Below are positions 38,379-47,549 of a stretch of DNA of 64,000 bases, piece by piece. The notes beneath the pieces were generated by a model. The model made no database searches. It saw only the letters and a program-made list of their open reading frames with translations, and was not told where the DNA came from. The position numbers and the translations under genes were made by a program. Numbering within the stretch: position 1 is the stretch's first letter; every line of letters starts with the position of its first letter. Source of the DNA: Haloferacaceae archaeon (GTDB lineage: Archaea > Halobacteriota > Halobacteria > Halobacteriales > Haloferacaceae); contig OY970248.1 of the NCBI GenBank assembly GCA_963715525.1, positions 1,272,320 through 1,336,319 on the forward strand. The letters are read 5' to 3'.

Positions 38379-38809
38379 TACAGGTTTCCTCCGTCGTGTT
38401 CGGTGTACCGCATCAGGTCGAGGGCGCGCTGGAACGCCCGCAGATTCTGGAAGATCGCTTTGTTGTCGCCGACGAGTTGCAGGTGGCCGTCTTCGCCAGC
38501 GACGGCGGTTCGGTAGTGCGAGGCGATGATCTCGTGGTTGAACGCCGGCGGCGTCTCCTCGACGAACTCTTCCCACGCGTCGCGGTCTCCCTCGACGCCG
38601 AACGACCACTGCTGGTTCATCCCCGGATTGGGGACGACGTCGGCGACGTTGCCGTGGTTCATCTCGATCAGAAACCGATCGTCACCGATGCCGACGTAGA
38701 AGTTCTCGTCGAACTTGTCGTGACCGCGGACGCTCATCTCGTCGTCCTTGTTGACGACCTCTTTGTACCGCTCCCACCACTCGTGGCTGGCTAGCGCTGC
38801 CTCGGTCAT
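38378..38809 (-). CDS. SCP2 sterol-carrier-like small protein, co-transcribed with the alpha/beta hydrolase
   Basis: 143-aa acidic protein. Pattern resembles SCP2-domain proteins. Stop/start overlap with the downstream hydrolase. Confidence 0.55.
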   Translation of the reverse strand: MTEAALASHEWWERYKEVVNKDDEMSVRGHDKFDENFYVGIGDDRFLIEMNHGNVADVVPNPGMNQQWSFGVEGDRDAWEEFVEETPPAFNHEIIASHYRTAVAGEDGHLQLVGDNKAIFQNLRAFQRALDLMRYTEHDGGNL

Positions 38810-38922
38810 GGTCTCACTCCGTTTCGAATCATGAATGGATGCGGTAACACCATCCACGTTGCCACTCATGAGCATTTTTCAGGATCGAGTCGAGTGTCGT
38901 CCGTCGTCAAGTCTCAGCGGAC

Positions 38923-38990
38923 GACGACGTTCAACGTGTACTCACGAGTGACGACGTTCGACGATCTCCACCGAGTGACGACGTTCGAGG
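38923..38990. promoter_or_regulatory. three 14-bp direct repeats (gacgacgttcRaSg) phased at 27 bp, upstream of the SCP2/hydrolase operon
   Basis: gacgacgttcaacg (38923-36), gacgacgttcgacg (38950-63), gacgacgttcgagg (38977-90). Confidence 0.4.
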
Positions 38991-38994
38991 CCTC

Positions 38995-39723
38995 TTACCG
39001 CAGCAACTCGCCGCCGTTGACGTTCAGCGTCTCGCCGGTGACGAACGTCGCATCCCGGAGGTAGGCGACGGCGTCGGCGATGTCCGCCGGTTGGCCGAAT
39101 CGAGCGACGGGAATCTCGGTCAGTTGCTCGCGCTCTTCTTCCTCGCTCCGATCCGAGGTCATGTCCGTCTCGATGTGGCCGGGCGCGACGGCGTTGACGC
39201 GGATCTCGGGCGCGAAGTCGACCGCGTGACTCTTCGTCAGCGAGATGAGCGCGCCCTTCGAACTCGCGTAGTGGCACTCGATGGGCGCGCCCGTATACGC
39301 GAGGATCGACGAGACGTTCGCCACCGACGGGTGGTCGTCAGAGTCGCGCAGGTGGGGAAGGGCGGCTTTCGTGACGTTGAACGCGCCGTTGACGTTCACG
39401 TCCATGACGCGGTCGAAGTCGGCCGGGTCGAGGTTCTCGGTGTAGACGTGTTGGTCGATGCCCGCGTTGTTGACGACGTGGTCGACGCCGCCGAACGCCG
39501 CGGCCGCTTCGTCGACTAATCGAGCACCGGCGTCGGCGTCGGAGACGTCGGCACCGACGACGACCGCTTCCCGGCCCGCCGCTCTCACTTCCTCGGCGAC
39601 GGACTCGGCGCGTTCCTCGTTCGAGACGTAGTTGACGACGACGTCGTACCCGTCCTCGGCGAACCGGAGGGCGACTCCGCGACCGATCCCGCGGGACGAC
39701 CCCGTGACGATGGCGCTTGGCAT
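38995..39723 (-). CDS. SDR family oxidoreductase (3-oxoacyl-ACP reductase-like)
   Basis: TGSSRGIG cofactor motif, NNAG, and the catalytic YxxxK region. Confidence 0.85.
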   Translation of the reverse strand: MPSAIVTGSSRGIGRGVALRFAEDGYDVVVNYVSNEERAESVAEEVRAAGREAVVVGADVSDADAGARLVDEAAAAFGGVDHVVNNAGIDQHVYTENLDPADFDRVMDVNVNGAFNVTKAALPHLRDSDDHPSVANVSSILAYTGAPIECHYASSKGALISLTKSHAVDFAPEIRVNAVAPGHIETDMTSDRSEEEEREQLTEIPVARFGQPADIADAVAYLRDATFVTGETLNVNGGELLR

Positions 39724-39943
39724 ACGCCGACGACACGAGCCGAACACTTCCGTGTTTCCGTCACGACTGAGCGCTAGCGATCACGACTGAACGGTACCGA
39801 CGGAGTGCCGGACGTACGCTGACGGGCCCGCGAGTCCGCTGTATTCCGTCTCGGTCGTCCGGGGCGTCGATCGAGGTCGCCTCTGGCGTACCGAGTCCGT
39901 CGTCCACGACGCGTTCATCGTTCTGCGACTGATAGAATCAGAT

Positions 39944-41068
39944 ATGGCTCGCGGGGTTCTCGGCCGCACGCTCGCTCGCGTCCAGCCGCGGCCCCGCCTC
40001 GTCGACTGGTCGATCCTCGCGCTCGTCGCCGTCGAACTCGGCAGCGGCCTCCTCAGTCTCACGGTCGGGCGTCCGGGCGGCGCGGTCGTGTTCTGGGTAC
40101 ACAGCGTCGTCGGGTTGACGCTCGTCGCCCTGATCGGGTTCAAACTCCACCGGGTTCGCCGCCGCGTGACCGACCGTCGGCTCTGGACGTCGACGACGTG
40201 GCTCTCCGTGCTGACGGCCGTCGTCGCGCTCGCGGCGCTCGGGACGGGTATTTACTGGGTGCTCGGCGGCGACTTCGCCGTCCTCGCGTGGAACGCGATG
40301 AACGTCCACATCCTCTTCGGCCTCCTGCTTTTGCCGCTGGTGCTGGCACACCTCTACACGCGCTTCCGACTCCCGCGCCGCGTCGACTTCGGGGACCGAC
40401 GCGCGGCGCTCCAGTACGCGGGTCTCCTCGTCGGCGGGGTGGCCGTCTGGCGCGCCCAATCCGTCGCGAATCGACTCCTCGACACCGCGGGTGCGACTCG
40501 ACGGTTTACCGGTTCGAAACCCGTCGGCGGCGACAGCGATGGCGACGGAGACGGCGACGGCTTTCCGGTGACGAGTTGGGTCGCCGACGACCCCGATCCG
40601 ATCGCCGTCGAGGAGTGGCGACTGCGCGTCGACGGTCTCGTCGGGACACCGCTGGTGCTTCGGTACGACGATCTCGTTTCGGGGGCTCGCGAACCCACGA
40701 CGGCGACAGCGACGACGACGGCGCTCCTCGATTGTACGAGCGGGTGGTATACCGTTCAAGACTGGCACGGCGTTCGCGTCGGCGATCTCCTGGCGTCCGC
40801 GGAACTCGACGCCGACGCCCGGTGGGTCCGCTTCGTCTCGGTCACGGGCTACCGCTGGAGTCTGCCGATCGCCGACGCACGCGACGCGCTGCTCGCGACC
40901 CACGTCGGCGGCCGTGCCCTGTCACACGGCCACGGTGCGCCGCTCCGACTCGTCGCACCCGGTCGCCGAGGGTTTCAGTGGGTAAAGTGGGTCACGGCCG
41001 TCGAAGTGCGCGATCGACGCGACCTCGGCGAGTGGATCGCGATCATGGTGAGCGGGCTAGACGGCTGA
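39944..41068 (+). CDS. sulfite-oxidase-family molybdopterin oxidoreductase with N-terminal His-containing membrane domain (MsrQ-MsrP-like fusion)
   Basis: C-terminal Oxidored_molyb pattern (CTSGWYTVQDWHGVRVGDLL ... HGAPLRLVAPGRRGFQWVKWV). N-terminal 4-5 TM helices with conserved His residues. GDSDGDGDGDG linker. Confidence 0.75.
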   Translation: MARGVLGRTLARVQPRPRLVDWSILALVAVELGSGLLSLTVGRPGGAVVFWVHSVVGLTLVALIGFKLHRVRRRVTDRRLWTSTTWLSVLTAVVALAALGTGIYWVLGGDFAVLAWNAMNVHILFGLLLLPLVLAHLYTRFRLPRRVDFGDRRAALQYAGLLVGGVAVWRAQSVANRLLDTAGATRRFTGSKPVGGDSDGDGDGDGFPVTSWVADDPDPIAVEEWRLRVDGLVGTPLVLRYDDLVSGAREPTTATATTTALLDCTSGWYTVQDWHGVRVGDLLASAELDADARWVRFVSVTGYRWSLPIADARDALLATHVGGRALSHGHGAPLRLVAPGRRGFQWVKWVTAVEVRDRRDLGEWIAIMVSGLDG

Positions 41069-41153
41069 TCGCGGGAACTCCCCGGTTCAGCGTCGCTGTC
41101 CCGAACTGCGGGGACCCTCGGTGTTCAATAGGTGAGGAATCATTAGGGATGCT

Positions 41154-41588
41154 GTGAGTTACTGCATACAGGAGCGATTCGAGCGAAACTTCGACGAAAT
41201 TCTCTCCGGCGTCGAGGAAGCCCTGATCGCGCAGGGATTCGACGTCGTCTCGAAGATCGACGTACGGGCGGAGTTGTGCGCCCGACTCGGCAGCGAGGAG
41301 TATCCGCGATACGTCATCATCGGCGTCGACAGCCCGTCGTTCACGGAACACGGCCTCCACGCCGACCCCGACCTCGGCGTCCTCCTCCCGTACAACGTCG
41401 TGGTCTACGAGGACGGCGACGAGACGGTCGTGAGCGCCGTCGACCCCGAAGCGCTGCTCTCGCTCGTCGGTAACGGCGACCTCGACGCCACGGCGTCGAC
41501 GATCAGAAATCGGTTTACACACATCATCGGGCGACTCGATACGATCTCGCACGAACCGAAAGCGCCGGAGTCGAGGGTCGGCCGCTGA
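41154..41588 (+). CDS. DUF302-like protein
   Basis: Matches the DUF302 pattern (...FDVVSKIDVRAEL...YVIIGVDSPS...LLPYNVVVYEDGDETVVSAVDP). GTG start. Confidence 0.55.
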   Translation: MSYCIQERFERNFDEILSGVEEALIAQGFDVVSKIDVRAELCARLGSEEYPRYVIIGVDSPSFTEHGLHADPDLGVLLPYNVVVYEDGDETVVSAVDPEALLSLVGNGDLDATASTIRNRFTHIIGRLDTISHEPKAPESRVGR

Positions 41589-41615
41589 GAGGGCGTGAGT
41601 CGTCGAGAGCGCGGA

Positions 41616-42374
41616 CTACTCCGACTCGCTCGTCGCGCCCGTCCGAATCGCAGTCTCCGCGTCTTCGAGTGCCGCTTCGCGGTCGAAGTCGTCGACGATG
41701 GCCTGCAGTTCGCCCGTGGATGCGTCAGCCAACTCGCGGGCGTGGCGCGTCACGTTCGGAATCGCTCGGATGATGTTGTCGACGATGGGGATCGCCGCCG
41801 ATCGAGCCGACCGCGAGAGCGGGTTGAGGTCGATCACGATTTCGGTCTTCCCCGTCGCCGCCAACGCCTCCGCTCGGTCACCGTCTTCTAGGGGTACGAG
41901 TACGACGTCGGCGTCAGCGATGCCGTCGGCGTCGACGATCCCGCGGGCGTGCGAGAGGCCGGGAATCTCGCCGTCGGCCGTCAGCCCCTTGATCTCCGCC
42001 GCACCGTGTTCGTCGAAGTAGTCCGCGATGGCGCGCATTCGCTCGTCCGTGCGGTTGAACAGGTTCACTTCGATGTCGGCGTCGACGGCCTCCGCGAGTT
42101 CGACGATCTCGTCCGGAACCAGCGCCGCTACGTTGCCGTTGACCGAGAGCACGGGGTGGCGTGCGAGCAACAGTCGCGCGGCGGCGGCGCGCTCGGCCGC
42201 GTCGGCGCTCTCGATCGTCCGCTCGCCCAGCAGGTAGTCGTACGCCTCGCCGCGACCCTGGGCGATGAGGCCCTGTCGGCTGGTGATACCGCGGTCGACG
42301 CCCGCTTCGATCCGATGGCGCGTCACGAGCGAATCGTGACGCGGATGGTCTTCGGGAATCTCCACCTCGTCCAT
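41616..42374 (-). CDS. 4-phosphopantoate--beta-alanine ligase (archaeal phosphopantothenate synthetase, PPS)
   Basis: DHPRHDSL ... GLIAQGRGEAYDYLLGERT ... VLSVNGNVAALVP closely follows the archaeal COG1701 PPS signature. Confidence 0.75.
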   Translation of the reverse strand: MDEVEIPEDHPRHDSLVTRHRIEAGVDRGITSRQGLIAQGRGEAYDYLLGERTIESADAAERAAAARLLLARHPVLSVNGNVAALVPDEIVELAEAVDADIEVNLFNRTDERMRAIADYFDEHGAAEIKGLTADGEIPGLSHARGIVDADGIADADVVLVPLEDGDRAEALAATGKTEIVIDLNPLSRSARSAAIPIVDNIIRAIPNVTRHARELADASTGELQAIVDDFDREAALEDAETAIRTGATSESE

Positions 42375-42473
42375 ACGCTCGAATCGTCTCCCCCGATAAA
42401 AGTCGATGCGACTTCGAGTCGCCGACAGCCGTCCTTTCCCTCTCTCGGGCGTCGCATTACTCGATAGCGGTCG

Positions 42474-43349
42474 TTACTCGGCTTCGGGTTCCGGCTCGCA
42501 CCGAGATACGCTCGGCGGTTGCAACGTCACGCCCGACGGGTGCGTCGTACAGACCGCGGGGTCGTACCCGGCGTCTGAGAGTCCGGTTCCGAGTGCGAAC
42601 ACGGTCTCGCCGAGCATCGCCATCGACGCCTCGCCGTCGACCGCGTTGACTTCTCGAATCGTCTCGCGCACGCGATCGGTGAGCAGTCCGGCTTCGCGCG
42701 CGAACCGTCGAGAGGCACGCATGAACCGCGGAAGCGTGGGTTCGGCGACGAGCGCCGAGAGCGCCCGCTCGCCCGCCGCCGACAACTGGCTCGTGTCGTC
42801 GGCGAGCACGTCGGCCGTCGAGAGATCACCGAACGCGACGTACTCGACGCGACTCCGGGCGGGGATACCGTCGAGTTTCCCGTGCCCCGGTGCGCCGGGT
42901 TCGAGTCGGATCGGGACACCGCCGCGGGCCTGCGCGACCACGTCGCCGAGACCGGTGCCCGACAGCACTTCCGCGCCGTGGGCTATCGTCGTGAGTTCGT
43001 TCTCCGAGAGCCCACGATCGAAGACGGCGTTGGCTGCGAACGCCGCTCCGAGAGACGTAGCTCCGGAAACGCCGAAACCCGAGCCGAGTGGGAGGTCCGT
43101 GTCGGCGACGACCCGCGCCCGAACGTCGAGCGTGTCGAGGACTCGCCGTACGGGTTCCATCTCGACCGCCCGCCCGTCGAGGACGACCGTCGACGATTCG
43201 GATTCCGCGGGAGTGATCGTCACCGTGACTCCGTCCGAAAGCGTGAGTCCCGCGCCGCGAGACCCCGCTTTCGTTGGGTCGTCGTCCGGGTGTGCGCTGA
43301 AAAACCCGGTAATGTGGCCGGGTACGAACGTCGTCGCCTCCTCGCTCAT
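42474..43349 (-). CDS. pantoate kinase (archaeal, GHMP kinase family)
   Basis: FVPGHITGFF N-terminus; GHMP motif PLGSGFGVSGA. Directly upstream of PPS on the same strand. Confidence 0.75.
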   Translation of the reverse strand: MSEEATTFVPGHITGFFSAHPDDDPTKAGSRGAGLTLSDGVTVTITPAESESSTVVLDGRAVEMEPVRRVLDTLDVRARVVADTDLPLGSGFGVSGATSLGAAFAANAVFDRGLSENELTTIAHGAEVLSGTGLGDVVAQARGGVPIRLEPGAPGHGKLDGIPARSRVEYVAFGDLSTADVLADDTSQLSAAGERALSALVAEPTLPRFMRASRRFAREAGLLTDRVRETIREVNAVDGEASMAMLGETVFALGTGLSDAGYDPAVCTTHPSGVTLQPPSVSRCEPEPEAE

Positions 43350-43409
43350 CACTGGAACGTGGCGGAGGGGGCGATTAACGGTTGTTATCTCCGCCGACAA
43401 AGGGGCGAC

Positions 43410-44015
43410 TCAGTAGTCGGCTTCGCGATCCGCGGCGGCGCGCTCGTCGGCGAATCGAACCATCGCGTTCGGATGCTGATCTACGTCTTCGGTGACGACG
43501 CCCTCGTCGCGCAACCGCTCGAACTCCTGTTTCGACTCTCGCCACTCGAAGCCACCGAGGACTGTCGCGGCCTGTAAGACGACATCTTCGGGGACACCGC
43601 GCCCCGCTCCGCCGGCGTCGAACGCCTCGTCTGCGTCATCGACCTCACCGAGGGCGAACTCTAAGACGGCCTCGACGTCGTTCGTCCCCGCGAGTTCCTG
43701 ATGCCACCGTTCCGGGAACGTGCTCACGTGACCGTTCGACAGTTCGAAGAGACTGGTCGACCCGGTCCACGACCCCGAATTCGGCTGCGTATCCGTCTCT
43801 TCGAGTCGCTCTCGGATGGCATCGTCGACCCTCGTCGGATCGACCTGCGAGCCGTGTCTATCGAGTTCTTCGGCGTACTCGACGACTCGGTCGACGCTGA
43901 CGCCGTACTCCCCGTCGTCTTCGTGACGTTCGATGAGCGTCACGAGGTCCGTTACGAGGAGGGTGCGGCGACGCTTCTCAGCCTCGTCTAGCACGTGCTC
44001 GTCGAAATTCGACAT
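43410..44015 (-). CDS. conserved hypothetical acidic protein
   Basis: 201-aa high-GC3 ORF ending 9-60 nt before the pantoate kinase start. No recognised domain. Confidence 0.55.
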   Translation of the reverse strand: MSNFDEHVLDEAEKRRRTLLVTDLVTLIERHEDDGEYGVSVDRVVEYAEELDRHGSQVDPTRVDDAIRERLEETDTQPNSGSWTGSTSLFELSNGHVSTFPERWHQELAGTNDVEAVLEFALGEVDDADEAFDAGGAGRGVPEDVVLQAATVLGGFEWRESKQEFERLRDEGVVTEDVDQHPNAMVRFADERAAADREADY

Positions 44016-44340
44016 GTTCTGCTGTTACGACGCAGTTCGAATAAGTCACGTGGCCGGTTTTGAGAACACCTATTCGATGAATCCGACACGACCGAGAATG
44101 TGAAATCGGAGACCCCGAAAGCCCCCAGGTTCTCGGCGAAGCACGAGCCACCAAGCACCGCAGGTCGGAGACCGAGGAGCGAAGATGCGGTCGCGCGAGT
44201 CGAGAACCTGGCCCCTTTCATTCCCACCCACTCTCCAGTTGGTCGGCTGGCCATCGCTCGCCGAAACACCGCGGTGGAGGTATCTGGTCGAGACGATTCT
44301 CGAAGCCGCAAGAATACGAAAACGAAACCGGGCGCGCGCT

Positions 44341-45642
44341 CTACGGCGAGAGACGCTGGCGGTCGCGCGGGAAGAGCACTGCTTCGCGGATGTTCGGGAG
44401 ACCGAGCATCGTCATGATGAGACGCTCGCCACCGAGACCCCACCCGGCGTGCGGGGGCATCCCGTACTTGAACATCTTCGTGTAGTACTCGAAGGACTCG
44501 GGGTCGAGACCCTGCTGTTCGAAGCCCTCGATGAGACGCTCGTAGCGGTGCTCACGCTGGCCACCCGAGACGAGTTCCATCTGCGGGTGCATCAGGTCGA
44601 AGCCGGTCGAGAGGTCCGGGTCGTCGTCGTGGTCCTTGATGTAGAACGGCTTGATCTCGCTCGGCCAGTCGGTGATGAAGTAGTGCTCGCCGACGTCCTC
44701 ACCGAGCGCCTTCTCGCCGTCCGTGGGCAGGTCGTCACCCCAGACGAGTTGCTCGTCGAGTTCGCCCGTCGCGTTGATCCGCTCGATAGCTTCCTCGTAG
44801 GTCAGTCGCGGGAAGTCGCCCTCGGGGGCGCTGAAGTCCTCCATGCCGAGCGCTTCGAGCTGTTCCTGGCAGTTCTCCTCGACGCCCTCATAAGCGGCCT
44901 TGACCACGCTCTCGACGGCGTCCATCGCCTCGGTGTGGTCGTAGAAGGCGCTCTCGAAGTCGATCGAGGTCGCCTCGTTCAGGTGACGGGGCGTGTTGTG
45001 CTCTTCGGCGCGGAAGATCGGGCCGATCTCGAAGACGCGTTCGAGGCCGGAGCCGATCATCAGCTGCTTGAACAGCTGGGGCGACTGGTTCATGAACGCC
45101 TCCTTACCGAAGTACGTGATCGGGAAGAGTTCCGTGCCGCCTTCCGTCCCGGTGGCGACGATTTTCGGCGTGTTGATCTCGGTTCCGCCGATCTCGCGGA
45201 ACTTCTCGCGGACCGAGCGCAGGACTTCGGCGCGGATCTCGAAGATCGCCTTGACCTCGTCTTTCCGGAGGTCGAGCGTGCGGTTGTTCAGTCGCGTCGA
45301 GAGTTCGGCGTCGACCTTCCCCGAGGGGTCGAGCGGCAGTTCGGGGTCGGCTTCGGCGAGCACCTCGATCAATTCGGGCGTGACTTCGACGCCCGTCGGC
45401 GCGCGCGGCTCCTCCTCGACGTCGCCGGAGACGACGATGACGCTCTCGCGGTGTACGCCGAGACCCGTCTCGACGAGGTCGTCGTCCATCTCGTCTTTCT
45501 CGAATTTAACCTGGATCTTGCCGGTCTTGTCCCGCAGGATCAGGAATGCGATACCGCCGAGGTCGCGCACCTCGTGGACCCACCCTGCGACCGTGACCGA
45601 GTCGCCGGGTTCGGCGTCCGCCGTGTACGTTCGATCCTTCAT
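44341..45642 (-). CDS. aspS: aspartate--tRNA ligase (archaeal/eukaryal type, class IIb)
   Basis: N-terminal OB anticodon-binding domain. Class II motifs (FRAEE...RHLNE; GWGLGGERL). Confidence 0.9.
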   Translation of the reverse strand: MKDRTYTADAEPGDSVTVAGWVHEVRDLGGIAFLILRDKTGKIQVKFEKDEMDDDLVETGLGVHRESVIVVSGDVEEEPRAPTGVEVTPELIEVLAEADPELPLDPSGKVDAELSTRLNNRTLDLRKDEVKAIFEIRAEVLRSVREKFREIGGTEINTPKIVATGTEGGTELFPITYFGKEAFMNQSPQLFKQLMIGSGLERVFEIGPIFRAEEHNTPRHLNEATSIDFESAFYDHTEAMDAVESVVKAAYEGVEENCQEQLEALGMEDFSAPEGDFPRLTYEEAIERINATGELDEQLVWGDDLPTDGEKALGEDVGEHYFITDWPSEIKPFYIKDHDDDPDLSTGFDLMHPQMELVSGGQREHRYERLIEGFEQQGLDPESFEYYTKMFKYGMPPHAGWGLGGERLIMTMLGLPNIREAVLFPRDRQRLSP

Positions 45643-45784
45643 ACACCGCGATTCCCGTCGGGCCGTCTTAAAATCGGTCTTTTCGACCTGCGTGTATGGT
45701 ACTCTCTACCGTTCATCGCTCGGGTCGACGACGGTCGACGGAAGTGACGCAATTCATGTGACTTCTGGGAGGTAAGCTCCGGCA

Positions 45785-45955
45785 ATGCCCGAGAACAAGT
45801 TCCTCGACTGGACGACCTACATCAACATGGTCGGTCTCGCGGTCATCGGTACGATGCTCTGCGTCCTCCTGATCATGTTCCTCCCACTGACGAACGCGCC
45901 GAGTTACACACCGACCGTTGTCGGTATCGCGGTCGCTGTCGGCTATCTTCTGTAG
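45785..45955 (+). CDS. small hydrophobic protein (56 aa), absent from the ORF track
   Basis: ATG...TAG with uniformly GC-ending codons and one or two TM helices (MVGLAVIGTMLCVLLIMFL). Divergent from aspS. Confidence 0.4.
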   Translation: MPENKFLDWTTYINMVGLAVIGTMLCVLLIMFLPLTNAPSYTPTVVGIAVAVGYLL

Positions 45956-46367
45956 CACTTCGGGGATACGAACGGATCGATGAACTGAGCGAGAGTACGC
46001 TCGGAGTCGCGTTGTCGGCCGTTCTGATCTGTGATCGCTGCCGCTCTACGGCCGTTCCGGAGATGGGCCAAGGGAAGTGGTCTTGGCCCGCCCGTTTTCC
46101 AGTCCCATGCGAGAGCATGGGGTTTGTTCTCGTTCTGCGAGGAGTATAAGCGCTGAGGGCCGTTGCGATTGTTGTTCGCCGTTGCGTACGGTGTTTGACC
46201 ACTCCCGATTGGCGCTGCGAATTGCGCGACGGCGCGGGGTGGAAACGGGTTCCTGCCTTGGCTCCGCTTTTGGTGCCAAGATTCGGAATTCGAATTCCGC
46301 CGAAAACGTGTGCGTAGACTGGTCTAGGGGACGATTGAGGAAAGCCGCGAAGAAGGCGTTTTGCGAG

Positions 46368-46442
46368 TGGGCGCTACAGGATTTGAACCCGTGACAACTT
46401 GGTCCGAAGCCAAGCACTCTGTCCAGACTGAGCTAAGCGCCC
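46368..46442 (-). tRNA. tRNA-Arg (anticodon TCG)
   Basis: Folds as a cloverleaf: 7-bp acceptor stem GGGCGCT/AGCGCCC, anticodon stem CTTGG/CCAAG with loop CTTCGGA, T-arm ACGGG-TTCAAAT-CCTGT. CCA is not encoded. Confidence 0.85.
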
Positions 46443-46514
46443 GTACTTAGACTACATCGCAGTAGTCATTTAAATCGTATGGTTTCGACTCGCCATCGGT
46501 CCGCGCGATTTATC

Positions 46515-47405
46515 ATGTCCGCTGGAACAGACTGGGGCATGGGCCTTGGCCAACGCGTCGGCGGTTTCCTCGAACTCACACGACCGGGTAACGCGCTGGC
46601 GGCGGGTGTGCTGACGTTTACCGGCGCGTTCGTCGTTCCGACGGGTTCGCTGACGGCGAAGGCAGTGAACGTGGCGCTCGCCGTCGCGGCAACGGTGCTG
46701 GCGGTCGGTGCCGGAAACGCCATCAACGACTACTTCGACCGCGATATCGACCGGATCAATCGACCGGACCGAGCGATTCCGCGCGGCGCGGTCACGCCGC
46801 GAGAGGCGCTCGCGTTCAGTGTCGTCCTCTTCGTCGCGGCCGTCGCGTGCGCGTTGTTGTTACCGACGTTGGCGATCGTGATCGCCTTCGTCAACCTCGT
46901 CGCGCTGGTCGCGTACACGCAGTTGTTCAAGGGTCTCCCGGGCGTCGGCAACGTCGTCGTCGCCTACCTCACGGGTTCGACGTTCCTCTTCGGCGGCACG
47001 GCCGTCGCGAGCGGGACGAGACAGTTCGGGACGGTCCTCTTGCTCGCGGTGCTCGCCGGTGTGGCGACGCTCACCCGCGAAATCGTCAAGGACGTCGAAG
47101 ACATCGACGGCGACCGAGCCGAGGGACTTCGAACCCTCCCGATCACTGTCGGTGAGCGGCGGTCGCTCGCGTTCGGTGCGGTCGTCATGGCCGCAGCGGT
47201 CGTCGCGAGTGCGATCCCGTTCGTCGCTGGAATCTTCGGGCTCAGTTACCTCGCAGTGGTGATTCCCGCGGACGCGCTGATGCTCGGTGCCGCGTTGTAC
47301 GCCTTCGTGGACCCGGGACAGGGCCAACGACTGCTCAAGGGCGGGATGTTTCTCGCCGCAGGAGCGTTCGTTATCGGCCGTATCGCGATCCTGGTCGGGA
47401 ACTGA
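46515..47405 (+). CDS. digeranylgeranylglyceryl phosphate synthase (UbiA prenyltransferase family)
   Basis: NDYFDRDIDRIN (NxxxDxxxD) and a second Asp-rich motif KDVEDIDGD; about eight TM helices. Confidence 0.8.
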   Translation: MSAGTDWGMGLGQRVGGFLELTRPGNALAAGVLTFTGAFVVPTGSLTAKAVNVALAVAATVLAVGAGNAINDYFDRDIDRINRPDRAIPRGAVTPREALAFSVVLFVAAVACALLLPTLAIVIAFVNLVALVAYTQLFKGLPGVGNVVVAYLTGSTFLFGGTAVASGTRQFGTVLLLAVLAGVATLTREIVKDVEDIDGDRAEGLRTLPITVGERRSLAFGAVVMAAAVVASAIPFVAGIFGLSYLAVVIPADALMLGAALYAFVDPGQGQRLLKGGMFLAAGAFVIGRIAILVGN

Positions 47406-47549
47406 CCGGCGACTGTGGACGTTCGGCCAAAGAGCAAAAAGAATAATACCGCTAGCTGGTATCTTTCGATCAGTTGATGACTCCCCGGGAGCCGTTGTAC
47501 AGCACGAACGGACGTCAGCGACCGCTCGACCCCCCTGTGAGGTCGTCGT

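Noticed and set aside
44185-45747. 520-aa plus-strand ORF antisense to aspS
   Set aside because: aspS has unmistakable class II synthetase motifs on the minus strand. The plus-strand ORF is its shadow.
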